DNA from: Pecten maximus
Taxonomy: Eukaryota
Direction: 5' to 3'
Assembly: GCF_902652985.1 (NCBI RefSeq)
Contig: NC_047020.1
Location: 16,058,001 to 16,122,000, forward strand
DNA length: 64,000 nucleotides
Shown here: in pieces, positions 51,701-64,000 of the stretch
How the letters are laid out: each line of letters opens with the position of its first letter
Numbering within the stretch: the first letter of the stretch is position 1
The notes under the pieces: model-generated
Seen by the model: only the letters and a program-made list of their open reading frames with translations
Databases searched by the model: none
What the model was told of the DNA's origin: nothing
Position numbers and translations under genes: made by a program

Positions 51701-52600
51701 GATACGTGTAGTGACGGTTAGTGGACCGATACGTGTAGTGACGGTTAGTGGACTGATACGTGTAGTAACGGTTAGTGGACTGATACGTGTAGTGACGGGT
51801 AGTTGACTAATATGTGTAGTGACGGTTAGTGTACTGATACGTGTAGTGACGGTTAGTGGACCGATACGTGTAGTGACGGTTAATGGACTGATACGTGTAG
51901 TGAGGGTTAGTGGACTGATACGTGTCGTGACGGTTAGTGGACTGATACGTGTACGGACGGTTAGTGGACTGATACGTGTAGTGACGGTTAGTGGACTGAT
52001 ACGTGCAGTGACGGTTAGTGGACTGATACGTGTAGTGACGGTTAATGGACTGATACTTGTAGTGAGGGTTAGTGGACTGATACGTGTAGTGACGGGTAGT
52101 GAACTGATACGTGTAGTGAGGGTTAGTGGACTGATACGTGTAGTGACGGTTAGTGGACTGATACGTGCAGTGACGGTTAGTGGACTGATACGTGTAGTGA
52201 CGGTTTTTGAACTGATATATTTATGGACGGTTAATGGATTGATATATTTATGGACGGTTAATGGACTGATAAATATATGGACGGTTAATGGACTGATATG
52301 TGTAGGGTCCGTTAGTGGACTGATTCGTGTAGGGAAGGTTAGTGGACTGATACGTGTAGTGACGGTTATTGGACTGATATATTAATGGACGGTTAATGGA
52401 CTGATATATTTATGGACGGTTAATGGACTGATAAATGTATGGACGGTTAATTGACTGATATACGTACATTATGTAGGGTCCGTTAGTGGACTGATATATT
52501 AATGGACGGTTAGTGGACTGATATATTAATGGACGGTCAATGGACTGATATATTTATGGATGGTTAGTGAACTGATACCTGAACTGATAAGTTAAGTGAC
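45757..52600. repeat. 27-bp satellite (~250 copies) with higher-order duplications
   Basis: Unit GTAGTGACGGTTAGTGGACTGATACGT. Blocks repeat at offsets 1687 (48654/50341) and 729 (51090/51819). Confidence 0.97.
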
Positions 52601-52699
52601 GCTCACTTGACTTATGCATGTACGGACGGTCAGTGGACTTACATGTATACATGTCAGACGGTTAGTCAATCGGCCTGATATGTACGGTTAGTGGACTGG

Positions 52700-53035
52700 C
52701 TGGTATAATGTACGGACTGTCATTTGACTGACATATACTGTACGGACGGTCAATAGATTGACCGATTCATGTACGGACGTTTGTGGTCTGACTGATACGG
52801 TCCGGACGGATTGGTGGCTAACTGTTACTCTACGGAAGGCCAGTTGGCTGACCAATACTGTCCGGAAGGCCAGTTGGCTGACCAATACTGTCCGGACGGT
52901 TTGTGGGCTGACCAATACTGTACGGACGGTGTGTGGGCTGACCAATACTGTACGGACGGTTTGTGGGCTGACCAATACTGTACGGACGGATTGGTGGGCT
53001 GACCAATACTGTACGGACGGATTGGTGGGCTGACA
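52700..53035. repeat. 30-bp minisatellite related to the 27-bp array
   Basis: Unit CTGACCAATACTGTACGGACGGTTTGTGGG. Confidence 0.85.
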
Positions 53036-53529
53036 GATGAAACCGACAACTCTACATTGTAGTATGCTGTTATCACGTGTTTTAGGCCATGAATATAGTT
53101 ATGACAGAAACCTGACAATCAATGTGTTTTTATAAAACCCCGAGGTAAAATATTTTACACGATTATGGCGATTTCATGTATTTTTCAACGTCTTTAGGAT
53201 CGTCTCCCGCTATAAATGCTTTAGCAACGAAGTTTACTAGATGGTAACATTTATTATTATCCTGACATGTTAACTTATAAAGCTGTAGGTATATTCTCAC
53301 TGGTTTTAAACTAAAAGAAAATTCGTTACTCACAGCTTGATTCATTATACGGAAAAGTAATACGACAGTTTAGGCCGTCTCCTTTTTTGTGTCAATTATG
53401 ACGGAATGTTGGACTTCTTTACAGAAAAAAAAAATCAAGAATACCATTTCTGGATTCATTGGGTAGTTTATTTTTCGTATAATAACATAAAACACTCATG
53501 CGACAATATACAAAACAAATTCGCCTAAT

Positions 53530-56500
53530 GCCAGTACCAGTACACCGACACATAATACCAGTATACTAGTACACCGACACATAATACCAGTACACCAGTA
53601 CACCGACACATAATACCAGTACACCAGTACACCGACACATAATACCAGTACACCGACAACAACTAATGCTAGTATCCTAGTACACCGACCACATGAATAC
53701 CAGTGTATACCTAGTACACCGACCCCATAATACCAGTATACAAGTACACCGCCACATAATACCATAACCAGGTACACCGGACACATAATACCAGTCTACA
53801 TGTATACCAGTACCCCGACACTACCAGTATACCGTACACGACCACATAATACCTAGTATACTAGGTACACCGACACCATAATACCAGTATATAACTAGTA
53901 CACTCGACACATAATACCAGTTATACCAGTACACCGACCAACATAATACCAGTATACCGACTAATAATACCAGTATACAGTATACCAGTATACCGACTAA
54001 TAATACCAGTATACTAGTACACCGACACATAATACCAGTATACTAGTACACCGACACATAATACCAGTATACTAGTACACCGACACATAATACCAGTACA
54101 CCGACACATAATACCAGTATACCAGTACACCGACACATAATACCAGTATACCAGTTCACCGACACATAATACCAGTACACCGACATATAATACTAGTACA
54201 CCGACACATAATACCAGTATACCAGTACACCGACACATAATACCAGTATACTAGTACACCGACACATAATACCAGTATACCAGTACATCGACACATAATA
54301 CCAGTATACCAGTACACCGACACATAATACCAGTATACCAGTACACCGACACATAATATCAGTATAACAATACACCGACACATAATACCAGTACACCGAC
54401 ACATAATACCAGTACACCGACACATAATACCAGTACACCGACACATAATACCAGTATACCAGTACACCGACACATAAAACCAGTATACCGACACATAATA
54501 CCAGTATACCAGTACACCGACTCATAATACCAGTATACCAGTACATCGACACATAATACCAGTATACCAGTTCACCGACACATAATACCAGTATACCAGT
54601 ACACCGACACATAATATCAGTATAACAATACACCGACACATAATACTAGTATACTAGTACACCGACACATAATACCAGTATACTAGTACACCGACACATA
54701 ATACCAGTATACCAGTACACCGACACATAATACCAGTATACCAGTACACCGATACATAATACCCAGTACACCGACACCGACACATAATACCAGTATACCA
54801 GTACACATAATACCAGTATACTAGTACACCGACACATAATACCAGTATACCAGTACACCGACACATAATACCAGTATACCAGTACATCGACACATAATAC
54901 CAGTACACCGACACATAATACCAGTACACCGACACATAATACTAGTATACTAGTACACCGACACATAATACCAGTATACCAGTACATCGACACATAATAC
55001 CAGTATACCAGTTCACCGACACATAATACCAGTATACCAGTACACCGACACATAATATCAGTATACCAGTACACCGACACATAATACTAGTATACTAGTA
55101 CACCGACACATAATACCAGTATAGTACACCGACACATCGACTAATAAACCAGATACCAGACCAAACAAATACCAGAAACCCGTACCCCGCACATAATCCG
55201 TATATAGTACACCGAACATAAACCCAGATACAGACACCACACATAATACCAGTATCCCAGACACCGACACATAAACCAGTATCCCAGTACACCGACAAAA
55301 TACCAGTATACCAGTACACCGACACATAATACCCGTATACCATTTAACCGACACATAATACCAGTACACCGACACATAATACCAGTATACCAGTACACCG
55401 ACACATAATACCAGTATACCAGTACACCGACACATAATACCAGTATACTAGTACACCGACACATAATACCAGTATACCAGTACACCGACACATAATACCA
55501 GTACACCGACACATAATACCAGTATACCAGTACACATAATACCAGTATACTAGTACACCGACACATAATACCAGTATACCAGTACCGCCCACTAATACCA
55601 GTTTCCCAGTACACCGACACATAATACCGGGTATAGTCCCACCGACAATAATACCAGATAACCAGTACAACCGACACATAATCCCAGTACACCGAAAACA
55701 TAATACCAGTACACCGACACATAATACCAGTTATACCGACACATAATACCTACCCCTGAACACCAAATACCAGAAAAAATACCAGTACACCGACACATAA
55801 TACCAGTATACTAGTACACCGACACATAATACCAGTATACCAGTACACCGACACATAATACCAGTATACCAGTACACCGACACATAATACCAGTACACCA
55901 GTACACCGACACATAATACCAGTACACCGACACATAATACCAGTACACCGACACATAATACCAGTATACCAGTACACCGACACATAATACCAGTATACTA
56001 GTACACCGACACATAATACCAGTATACCAGTGTACCGACACATAATACCAGTACACCGACACATAATACCAGTATACCAGTACACCGACACATAATACCA
56101 GTATACCAGTACACCGACACATAATACCAGTATACCAGTACACCGACACATAATACCAGTATACCAGTACACCGACACATAATACCAGTATACTAGTACA
56201 CCGACACATAATACCAGTATACCAGTACACCAGTGTACCGACACATAATACCAGTATACTAGTACACCGACACATAATACCAGTATACCAGTACACCGAC
56301 ACATAATACCAGTATACCAGTACACCGACACATAATACCAGTACACCGACACATAATACCAGTATACCAGTACACCGACACATAATACCAATATACCAGT
56401 ACACCGACACATAATACCAGTACACCGACTCATAATACCAGTACACCAGTACACCGACACATAATACCAGTATACCAGTACACCGACACATAATACCAGT

Positions 56501-57100
56501 ATACCAGTACACCGACACATAATACCAATATACCAGTTCACCGACACATAATACCAGTATACTAGTACATCGACACATAATACTAGTACACCGACACATA
56601 ATATCAGTATACCGACACATAATACCAGTACACCAGTGTACCGACACATAATACCAGTATACCAGTACACCGACACATAATACCAATATACTAGTACACC
56701 GACACATAATACCAGTATACCAGTACACCGACACATAATACCAGTATACCAGTACACCGACACATAATACCAGTACACCGACTCATAATACCAGTATACC
56801 AGTACACCGACACATAATATCAGTATACCAGTACACCGACACATAATACCAGTACACCGACATAATACCAGTACACCGACACATAATACCAGTATACCAG
56901 TACACCGACACATAATATCAGTTTACCAGTACACCGACACATAATACCAGTACACCGACACATAATACCAGTACACCGACACATAATACCAGTACACCAG
57001 TACACCGACACATAATACCAGTACACCAGTACACCGACACATAATACCAGTACACCGACACATACTACCAGTATACCAGTACACCGACACATAATATCAA
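53530..57100. repeat. 21/29-bp satellite
   Basis: ACCAGTACACCGACACATAAT with optional ACCAGTAT insert. Confidence 0.95.
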
Positions 57101-57374
57101 TGTTAGATAACTATCTCTATAAAGAAAAGATTCGCTTAGCCAACTAACCGCACCCATTAGTACATATGAGAAATCTACGATAAGTTATAGCATTCCCTAT
57201 GAATTATGCAACATTACTATTTACCAGCATAGATATTAAGTTTAGCAATTACTCAGTTAACCATCAGATTATTCTGTATGTCCATAGCGATGGTACCTCT
57301 ACGAGAAGCAGATATGAAGTGAATAGAAAAAAAAAGAAAAGCGGCAAGTGGAATTTCACGCAATGCGACAGGAA

Positions 57375-57550
57375 TCAGAGGTCAGTTTGTCAGAGGTCAG
57401 TTTGTTAGTGGTCAGTTTGTCAGAGGTCAGTTTGTCAGTGGTCAGTTTGTCAGAGGTCAGTTCGTCAGTGGTCAGTTTGTCCGCGGTAAGTTTGTCAGAG
57501 GTCAGTTTGTTAGTGGTCAGTTTGTCAGAGGTCAGTTTGTCAGTGGTCAA
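57375..57550. repeat. 15-bp minisatellite (~11 copies)
   Basis: Unit GTCAGTTTGTCAG(A/T)G. Confidence 0.92.
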
Positions 57551-58432
57551 ACAGTAATACAATAACTTTTACAATTACGCCAAAATCACGTACATTCAAA
57601 TTAAAACGAAAGTAACACACGAGACTTGGCGACAGCGATTGCGGATAGAAGCATCAGCGACACAACATTATATATAAAGTAATACTAGTTAGACTCTATA
57701 TATGTCAACTGAATCCAACAGGGTTTAGCATAATGGTCACGCGAACAGTGGCATTTTCAGTCTGATAAATGCCACTTCGTTTTGGTATCTTTCGGAAAGG
57801 AACAGTCGTGGATATATATATATGTAGACTAAATGATTACTGATGATATATATTTTTCTCGGACATTTCCCAATTTTCTTTTAACTTCCAAAATGAGAAC
57901 TTTCCAAATCAGCAATTCACATTTCCCGTGAAACTACACGTATGTTTGTCCATACAGAACCAACTAACGCTGAATACGAACATCTGTTTTTTCAATGTAT
58001 AATCTACTTTTCCAAACATATTATTGTGAACAAAGATACATCACAAATGCGTTTGAAACTTACCTGGCCGTTACTTCGAATAGACACCTGCAACACAATG
58101 ACTAAGCGTAATCCCAGGCCGATGTGAAGTGCACGCCCTGATGATAGGGAGGAACTGTGCAGTCTCTCTTTTTATGTGTTTCAATGAGACACGACGTTTC
58201 TGTAAATCGAAAACAATTGGTTGAAGACTTTAAAACGTGGCGATAAATTGGTCTAGTTCTTTCGTTACAGTCGCTGTTGGTATTATGAGAAAATATAATT
58301 TAATTTAACTGTTAGAAAATTGAATTTAAATCAAAGATAAAAGAATAATTTGAATTTATGTCAAGATATAAAAACGCCCCTCTCCGCCCAGTCGCCGCCT
58401 GGTGTCACGGCATCACATGCGTATGTGCGTTA

Positions 58433-59350
58433 AATACAGTTTACATCTCAAAGTGGTCTTATGGTATTATACTGCTTACATCTCAAAGTGGTCTTATGGT
58501 ATTATACAGTTTACATCTCAAAGTGGTCTTATGGTATTATACAGTTTACATCTCAAAGTGGTCTTATGGTATTATACAGTTTACATCTCAAAGTGGTCTT
58601 ATGGTATTATACAGTTTACATCTCAAAGTGGTCTTATGGTATTATACAGTTTACATCTCAAAGTGGTCTTAGGGTATTATACAGTTTACATCTCAAAGTG
58701 GTCTGAGGGTATTATACAGTTTACATCTCAAAGTGATCTTATGGTATTATACAGTTTACATCTCAAAGTGGTCTTAGGGTATTATACTGCTTACATCTCA
58801 AAGTGGTCTTATGGTATTATACTGCTTACATCTCAAAGTGATCTTATGGTAGTATACAGTTTACATCTCAAAGTGATCTTATGGTATTATACAGTTTACA
58901 TCTCAAAGTGATCTTATGGTATTATACAGTTTACATCTCAAAGTGGTCTTAGGGTATTATACTGCTTACATCTCAAAGTGATCTTAGGGTTTTATACAAT
59001 TTACATCTCAAAGTGGTCTTATGGTATTATACTGCTTACATCTCAAAGTGGTCTTATGGTATTATACAGTTTACATCTCAAAGTGGTCTTATGGTATTAT
59101 ACTGCTTACATCTCAAAGTGATCTTATGGTATTATACAGTTTACATCTCAAAGTGGTCTTATGGTATTATACAGTTTAACATCTCAAAGAGGTCTGAGGG
59201 TAGTATACAGTTTACATCTCAAAGTGGTCTTAGGGTATTATACTGCTTACATCTCAAAGTGGTCCTATGGTATTATACAGTTTACATCTCAAAGTGGTCT
59301 GAGGGTATTATACAGTTTACATCTCAAAGTGGTCTTAGGGTATTATACTG
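58433..59350. repeat. 35-bp minisatellite (~26 copies)
   Basis: Unit TACAGTTTACATCTCAAAGTGGTCTTATGGTATTA. Confidence 0.95.
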
Positions 59351-60551
59351 CAGCAGCTCTAGAGCTCTATATCACTTTAGAAAAAAAAATGAATCCAAAG
59401 AATAAATCAAATGCTTTATCAATTTCGTACCGAATAATTATGAAGATTTCAACGTTAAAAATGTGACAATTACTGAAATTACTGTACCTATAAGTTTTTT
59501 ATTTGACTTTGTATAATGTACTTGTCTTATTTCAAATTACTACTGTCATTATAAATGAGCTAATGAAGTTGGATTGAATTGAATAATCGCCGGACGCGAC
59601 CGCGAAATTAAATCAAACTATACATGAACTGTTAGTAAGCGGGGAAAGTGATCTGCTGAATAATTTATCAAAAGTTGAAAAAAATGTGAAATGGTGATAT
59701 CGGTACAGTAAGCTTTATTTATATTTTTCTTGGCGTTATTTCCGTTTCTAGACAGTTCGACGAACCTTGACTGACGTAAACATTCCAATGCGGGAACCAA
59801 CCATTGATGATGAGATTGGAATAATTTCAAAAGCTAAAATCGCTTCGTATACAAATTTACATATAGTATTATACCCTGTTTTATTCATTAACCTCTGTAT
59901 CAAATATGTGTGATTTAGCGGCATATTGACTGGGTAAAATTACAAAACATATTAAAGAAATCAACTAAGTATTGATTAATTAATTAGACAAATTTATCGA
60001 TATCATCTGCTTTTGTCTGATTAGGTCGTTACAAAGGTAGAGAAAAAAAGAGGAAAAAACAGTAGAAAATGCGTAATTAAGCTGACAGGATAAAGCTGAC
60101 AAGTCATAGTTTGACCGTTTATTGAGACAATTCGTCCCATAAATTATTTCTAACGAAAATGTATCTTTTGATTGTTCCGATTACATATTAAGGCAATTTT
60201 CGACAAAAACCTTATTTTTTCTTTCAAAACGAAACACTGATCATTACACCACGTGAGTGAAATTTAGAACAGCCTTCTTTAATGTTTCCCGTTTAGATAC
60301 GAATCAACGAGAAACAGTTCCTATGAACCGGAAACTGATGTTTCATACAGTGCAACTGTTCTTGTTTAAGTAGGCATAATAGCATGTCAAGCAGTTTATT
60401 GATGTCAACCTGATAACAACAAAATTTCAAGTTTTAATGTATAAAGTAAGCAACAAGCTCAAGGCCTTGTTTATAGCGTTCTTATAAACCAATACACATC
60501 GCGCAGCTAAACTAATGTACTTGGAAATACTCGGCACTTATAAATGTATCC

Positions 60552-60624
60552 GCCTCCGTGGCCCAATGGATAAGGCACCGGCCTCCTAAGCCGGGGATTG
60601 CGGGTTCGAGTCCCGCCGGAGGTT
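60552..60624 (+). tRNA. tRNA-Arg (anticodon CCT)
   Basis: Cloverleaf: acceptor GCCTCCG/CGGAGGT, anticodon stem CCGGC/GCCGG with loop CTCCTAA, T arm GCGGG-TTCGAGT-CCCGC. A and B boxes present; oligo-T Pol III terminator at 60629-60644. Confidence 0.97.
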
Positions 60625-63516
60625 TACAATTTTTTTTTTTTTTTATCATTAGATTAATATTTATCACAAACGCAATTTTACCATATATGTTCGTAAGTAA
60701 GACCATTTCAATTAATGTTTGTTTCTATAATCATGTTTCTATTTTTACATGATTCACAAATATAACGGGCGTCTTATCATCAAAACACATATAATCACTC
60801 ACCACACGCTTGAGTAAATTACCTTAGATGTTGATAAGACCAAACCAAAAGTCTTATTGAATTTTTTTGAAACTATTAAACGTGTGCATAAATGAATACC
60901 TGAACATATATGGTTAATCCATCATATTTCCCTTACCAATATAGAATAGCTATGTCTGAATACATTCATGAATAATTATATCTGAGCCTCTGAGGTGTAA
61001 TTATCCCGTTATGGTTACCTCGGCCCAGACCCTTCCAACAATAGCCGGGGCTGTTAATATTAGTTCATGCAACTGTTTAATTATTCTTGTAAATAAAAAT
61101 GATGAATATGTTTTACATAATCTTACTCTCCCAGCAGCAGTCGCTGATACGTAACTGTAATTGCGATCTTTTTTAATGAAACCCACTCTCGTCAACCCCT
61201 CTTTTGAATTAAAAGTACATTTATTAAAAATAATATATGACCCACATCATAATGACCAGATGTCTCCTTTTCTCGTGATCTTGGCCCAGTTTCCGTCACG
61301 GGTCCACCTTGTGGCGGCCTCGGCGATACCCGTACCGGATATCATATTGAACGGGACATTTATTAACTGTATAGGCTAGGTTATGGACTGTACGTGGAGC
61401 TACAAATATTTGATGTTATATCAAGTGTCAGAATTATCCATTCATCTTGCTCCTTTTATGCAACGTTAAGTGGCGACATACCTGGGTGACTCAATACCTT
61501 TCCAGTTGTAAAGTTTAACATTCTAATAAACAAAATATTATTAATTCCTTTCCACCTAAAACAATATCAATACTTATATGTTTTCAAGAAATATTGATAT
61601 GAATGAGTTTTTCTGATGCATTTTAATTTTTGTTTCTGATGTGATTTTTGATATGGCAGAAATTAACCTTAACTTCACCGATGAATTTGATACGTTGAAG
61701 TTTACAAGGCTTGTTGAATAAGGGTATGAAATACAATGCATATTTTTGTGAATGCATATCTCCGTGTGATAACTGTATTATATGCGCGTATCAATAGTAG
61801 TAACATAAGAAGCTCAGATTCTACAGAAAATGAATTAAAATGCAACAAAATATACACTTTAAAAATGAAAATAATACATAACTTTCCTCAAATTCCGTCA
61901 CCGTATTCTGCAATGTCATTCTCATATGTTTTCTCAAGAAGCTTCAAATTTCCGCTACTTCATCTAATGCAAGTAAAACATCTAAACGACCTCTACGTGA
62001 CGTGCGTTCTAATTAACGACAAACAAAGCAGAGTTATTACTCTAAATGATAAACAGCCGTTACGTCACATTGTGCTGTCATAAAACGCGAACAGCTGAAA
62101 GTTAAGATTTTGTCAATAATTCTATAAATAGACATATCCTTTGTAAATAATTTCTTTGAAGATTAAAATTACACTTTAAAAATATTTTGTTGTTTGCAGA
62201 TATCAAGTGAACTTCTCTGAATCAAAACTCGTTTATCAACATTTTGGTATGTACAGTGATATGTGGCATTTCACTATGGAATTAACAGCATTGTATATTT
62301 TGCAGTTATAAAACGGTATTAATATCGGTTTTCCCAGAAGATTAATAGGATCTTTCTCTGGCTTGATGACAGAACAGAGAAATCCTCATCCGAAGAGGAA
62401 ATTCTTTACTATGTAACCCGAGGTCTGAGTGGAAATTTTCTGTATTCGACCCTCAGAAATGAAACCATCCCTTTTCTACCCATAAGTTATATATTCAGGC
62501 AGTCTGTGGTATGGAAACGTTTTTTTTTTTTTTTTTTAGGATAAGTTTTAGCATCAGCTTTACTCGAGACAGACTAGAATCAATTATTAGCTTATCAACG
62601 AAATGCATCAACTGTTCAATAAAAAATGGTAAGGAACGACTTGAGCGTTTCTCCAACAACAAAAATATATTCAACCGTTTTTTATTCTCACAATTTTCTA
62701 CAATAACAGCGGGACGTTTGTAGCTTCCGGTAAAACACGCGCTAATGTTCCGTGCGTGCTGGTATGTGTCTCGGATCGGAAAAGTGGACATTTCTGTCTA
62801 GATTTGCAGAAAAGGCAATCGCATCATGATAGTATTATGACAAGGTGTAGGAAATAGTTTGTAGGATGGGTGAAGGGTTTGTAGTGAATTATATGATTCA
62901 ATGTTTATTAGTATCTTCTGTCAGAATTGTGCTGTCACATGACCTATCTTATTTGTCCGTGACTGGCAACTATTTTTGCTTAGATCATAACAATATGTGG
63001 AAAAGAAGGCAATGGTCAGACCAGTTATAAGTACTAACAGACGCTTTCACAAAAGGTTGCCCAAGATAAGCTGATGCAGCTATCAATATTTATATAAAAA
63101 ATAATAGATAGATAGCACAATAACATATGTTTATCTGAGAAAATCTAGAATGTAACTCGACCATAGGTGCCCTGTCAAGACAGTTAAATGCGTATATTAA
63201 CGTTATCAGAATCTCTTTTTTCAGAGATATGTAAATGAAATTCAAGTTATGGTTTAAATTCCCCGTCTTACCGACATCTCAACATTTGGGTTCAACAAAT
63301 GGAATAGCGTAAAGTCGCGTCAGATTTGGTAAACAAAACAGTTCACGGAATAATAAAAATTAAATAAACATGCAAGTTTTCTTTATTTTTTTACCAAGTT
63401 TTTTTTTATCGAATTGTCACCCACAACGATTTTTGTGCATGGATATGGTGGCTCGTTAAGGCTAAATATCAAATATTGCATTCTCGCTCCCGCTGTCTCG
63501 ACCTTATTATGTATGT

Positions 63517-64000
63517 CGAAAACGCGAGAATGCGAAAACGCGAGAATGCGAAAAACTCGATTGCGAGAATGCGAAAACGTGAAATTAATCTCGCACTCTC
63601 GCCGTTCCGATTTCGCTCCCTCCCCGTCGCACTCTCGCTCCTTCGCGTAAGGAAGACCGAATTGAATATTTTCTGGAGGAAAATATATAGGGATATAGAG
63701 TACGTTATATTTATATATACGCGAGGTAGCGAAAGTGCGAGGACGGCCGTTAAAGGGACTATTACCTTAGATTTCAACCTCGGGAATTGTAGAATTTGGC
63801 CTATGAATGATAAGATATATCCATAATTAAGCGATACACGCGCCTACACCGTCAACTTTGTTGTTTTTATACATATTTTCGGGGTCGGAACATTGTTTAT
63901 CTTGAGTGTTGTTTGTAAACACGAGCACGCTCGGTTTATTACGAGGAAAGCCGAAATGCGAGATTAATTTCGCGTTTTCGCTCTTTCGCATTATCGCGTT
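63517..64000. mobile_element. Probable MITE/foldback element, cut by the window edge
   Basis: Inverted repeat GCGAAAACGTGAAATTAATCTCGCA (63571-63595) vs TGCGAGATTAATTTCGCGTTTTCGC (63957-63981), 24/25 match, with GCGAGAATGCGAAAA subrepeats on both arms. True termini are not visible. Confidence 0.6.

Noticed and set aside
43028-57092. 638-aa Pro-rich, VVTVSGLIR and Cys/Tyr/Trp-rich ORFs
   Set aside because: All are translations of satellites with frequent frameshifts.
60512-60752. Two 64-aa ORFs
   Set aside because: Shadow translations of the tRNA gene.
62300-62800. CpG-rich segment resembling a non-autonomous DNA element or promoter
   Set aside because: No termini or coding signal could be identified from sequence alone.

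Overview
AT-rich animal genomic DNA. A lophotrochozoan, probably bivalve, origin is inferred from the Ovo protein and the repeat families. One protein-coding gene can be rebuilt by hand: a 5-exon ovo/Ovol-family transcription factor on the minus strand (CDS 16831-16570, 8311-7827, 7590-7488, 7061-6882, 6466-6174; 1323 nt, 440 aa). It has an N-terminal SNAG motif, the VNGGYGIKNPL (NOG-type) motif and four C2H2 fingers; all introns are GT-AG with matching phases. The ~45 kb upstream is a gene desert with more than a dozen tandem-repeat arrays (tandem repeats cover close to half the window), a tRNA-Arg(CCT), a truncated CR1 LINE, a decayed Penelope-like element (PLE) fragment (a second lies downstream of ovo) and a probable MITE at the right edge. 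The most notable feature is a 49-bp minisatellite about 1.1 kb upstream of the predicted ovo promoter (18191-18671) whose unit is a complete minimal hammerhead ribozyme (CUGACGA-GUCC/UAGAA/GGAC-GAAA-palindromic ACAGCUGU-A). It has ten tandem units, one fully canonical. A solo degenerate copy lies in ovo intron 1, and a 3.4-kb 20-bp satellite matches the 3' half of the same motif. The long ORFs in the ORF track between 23 and 59 kb are repeat artefacts.
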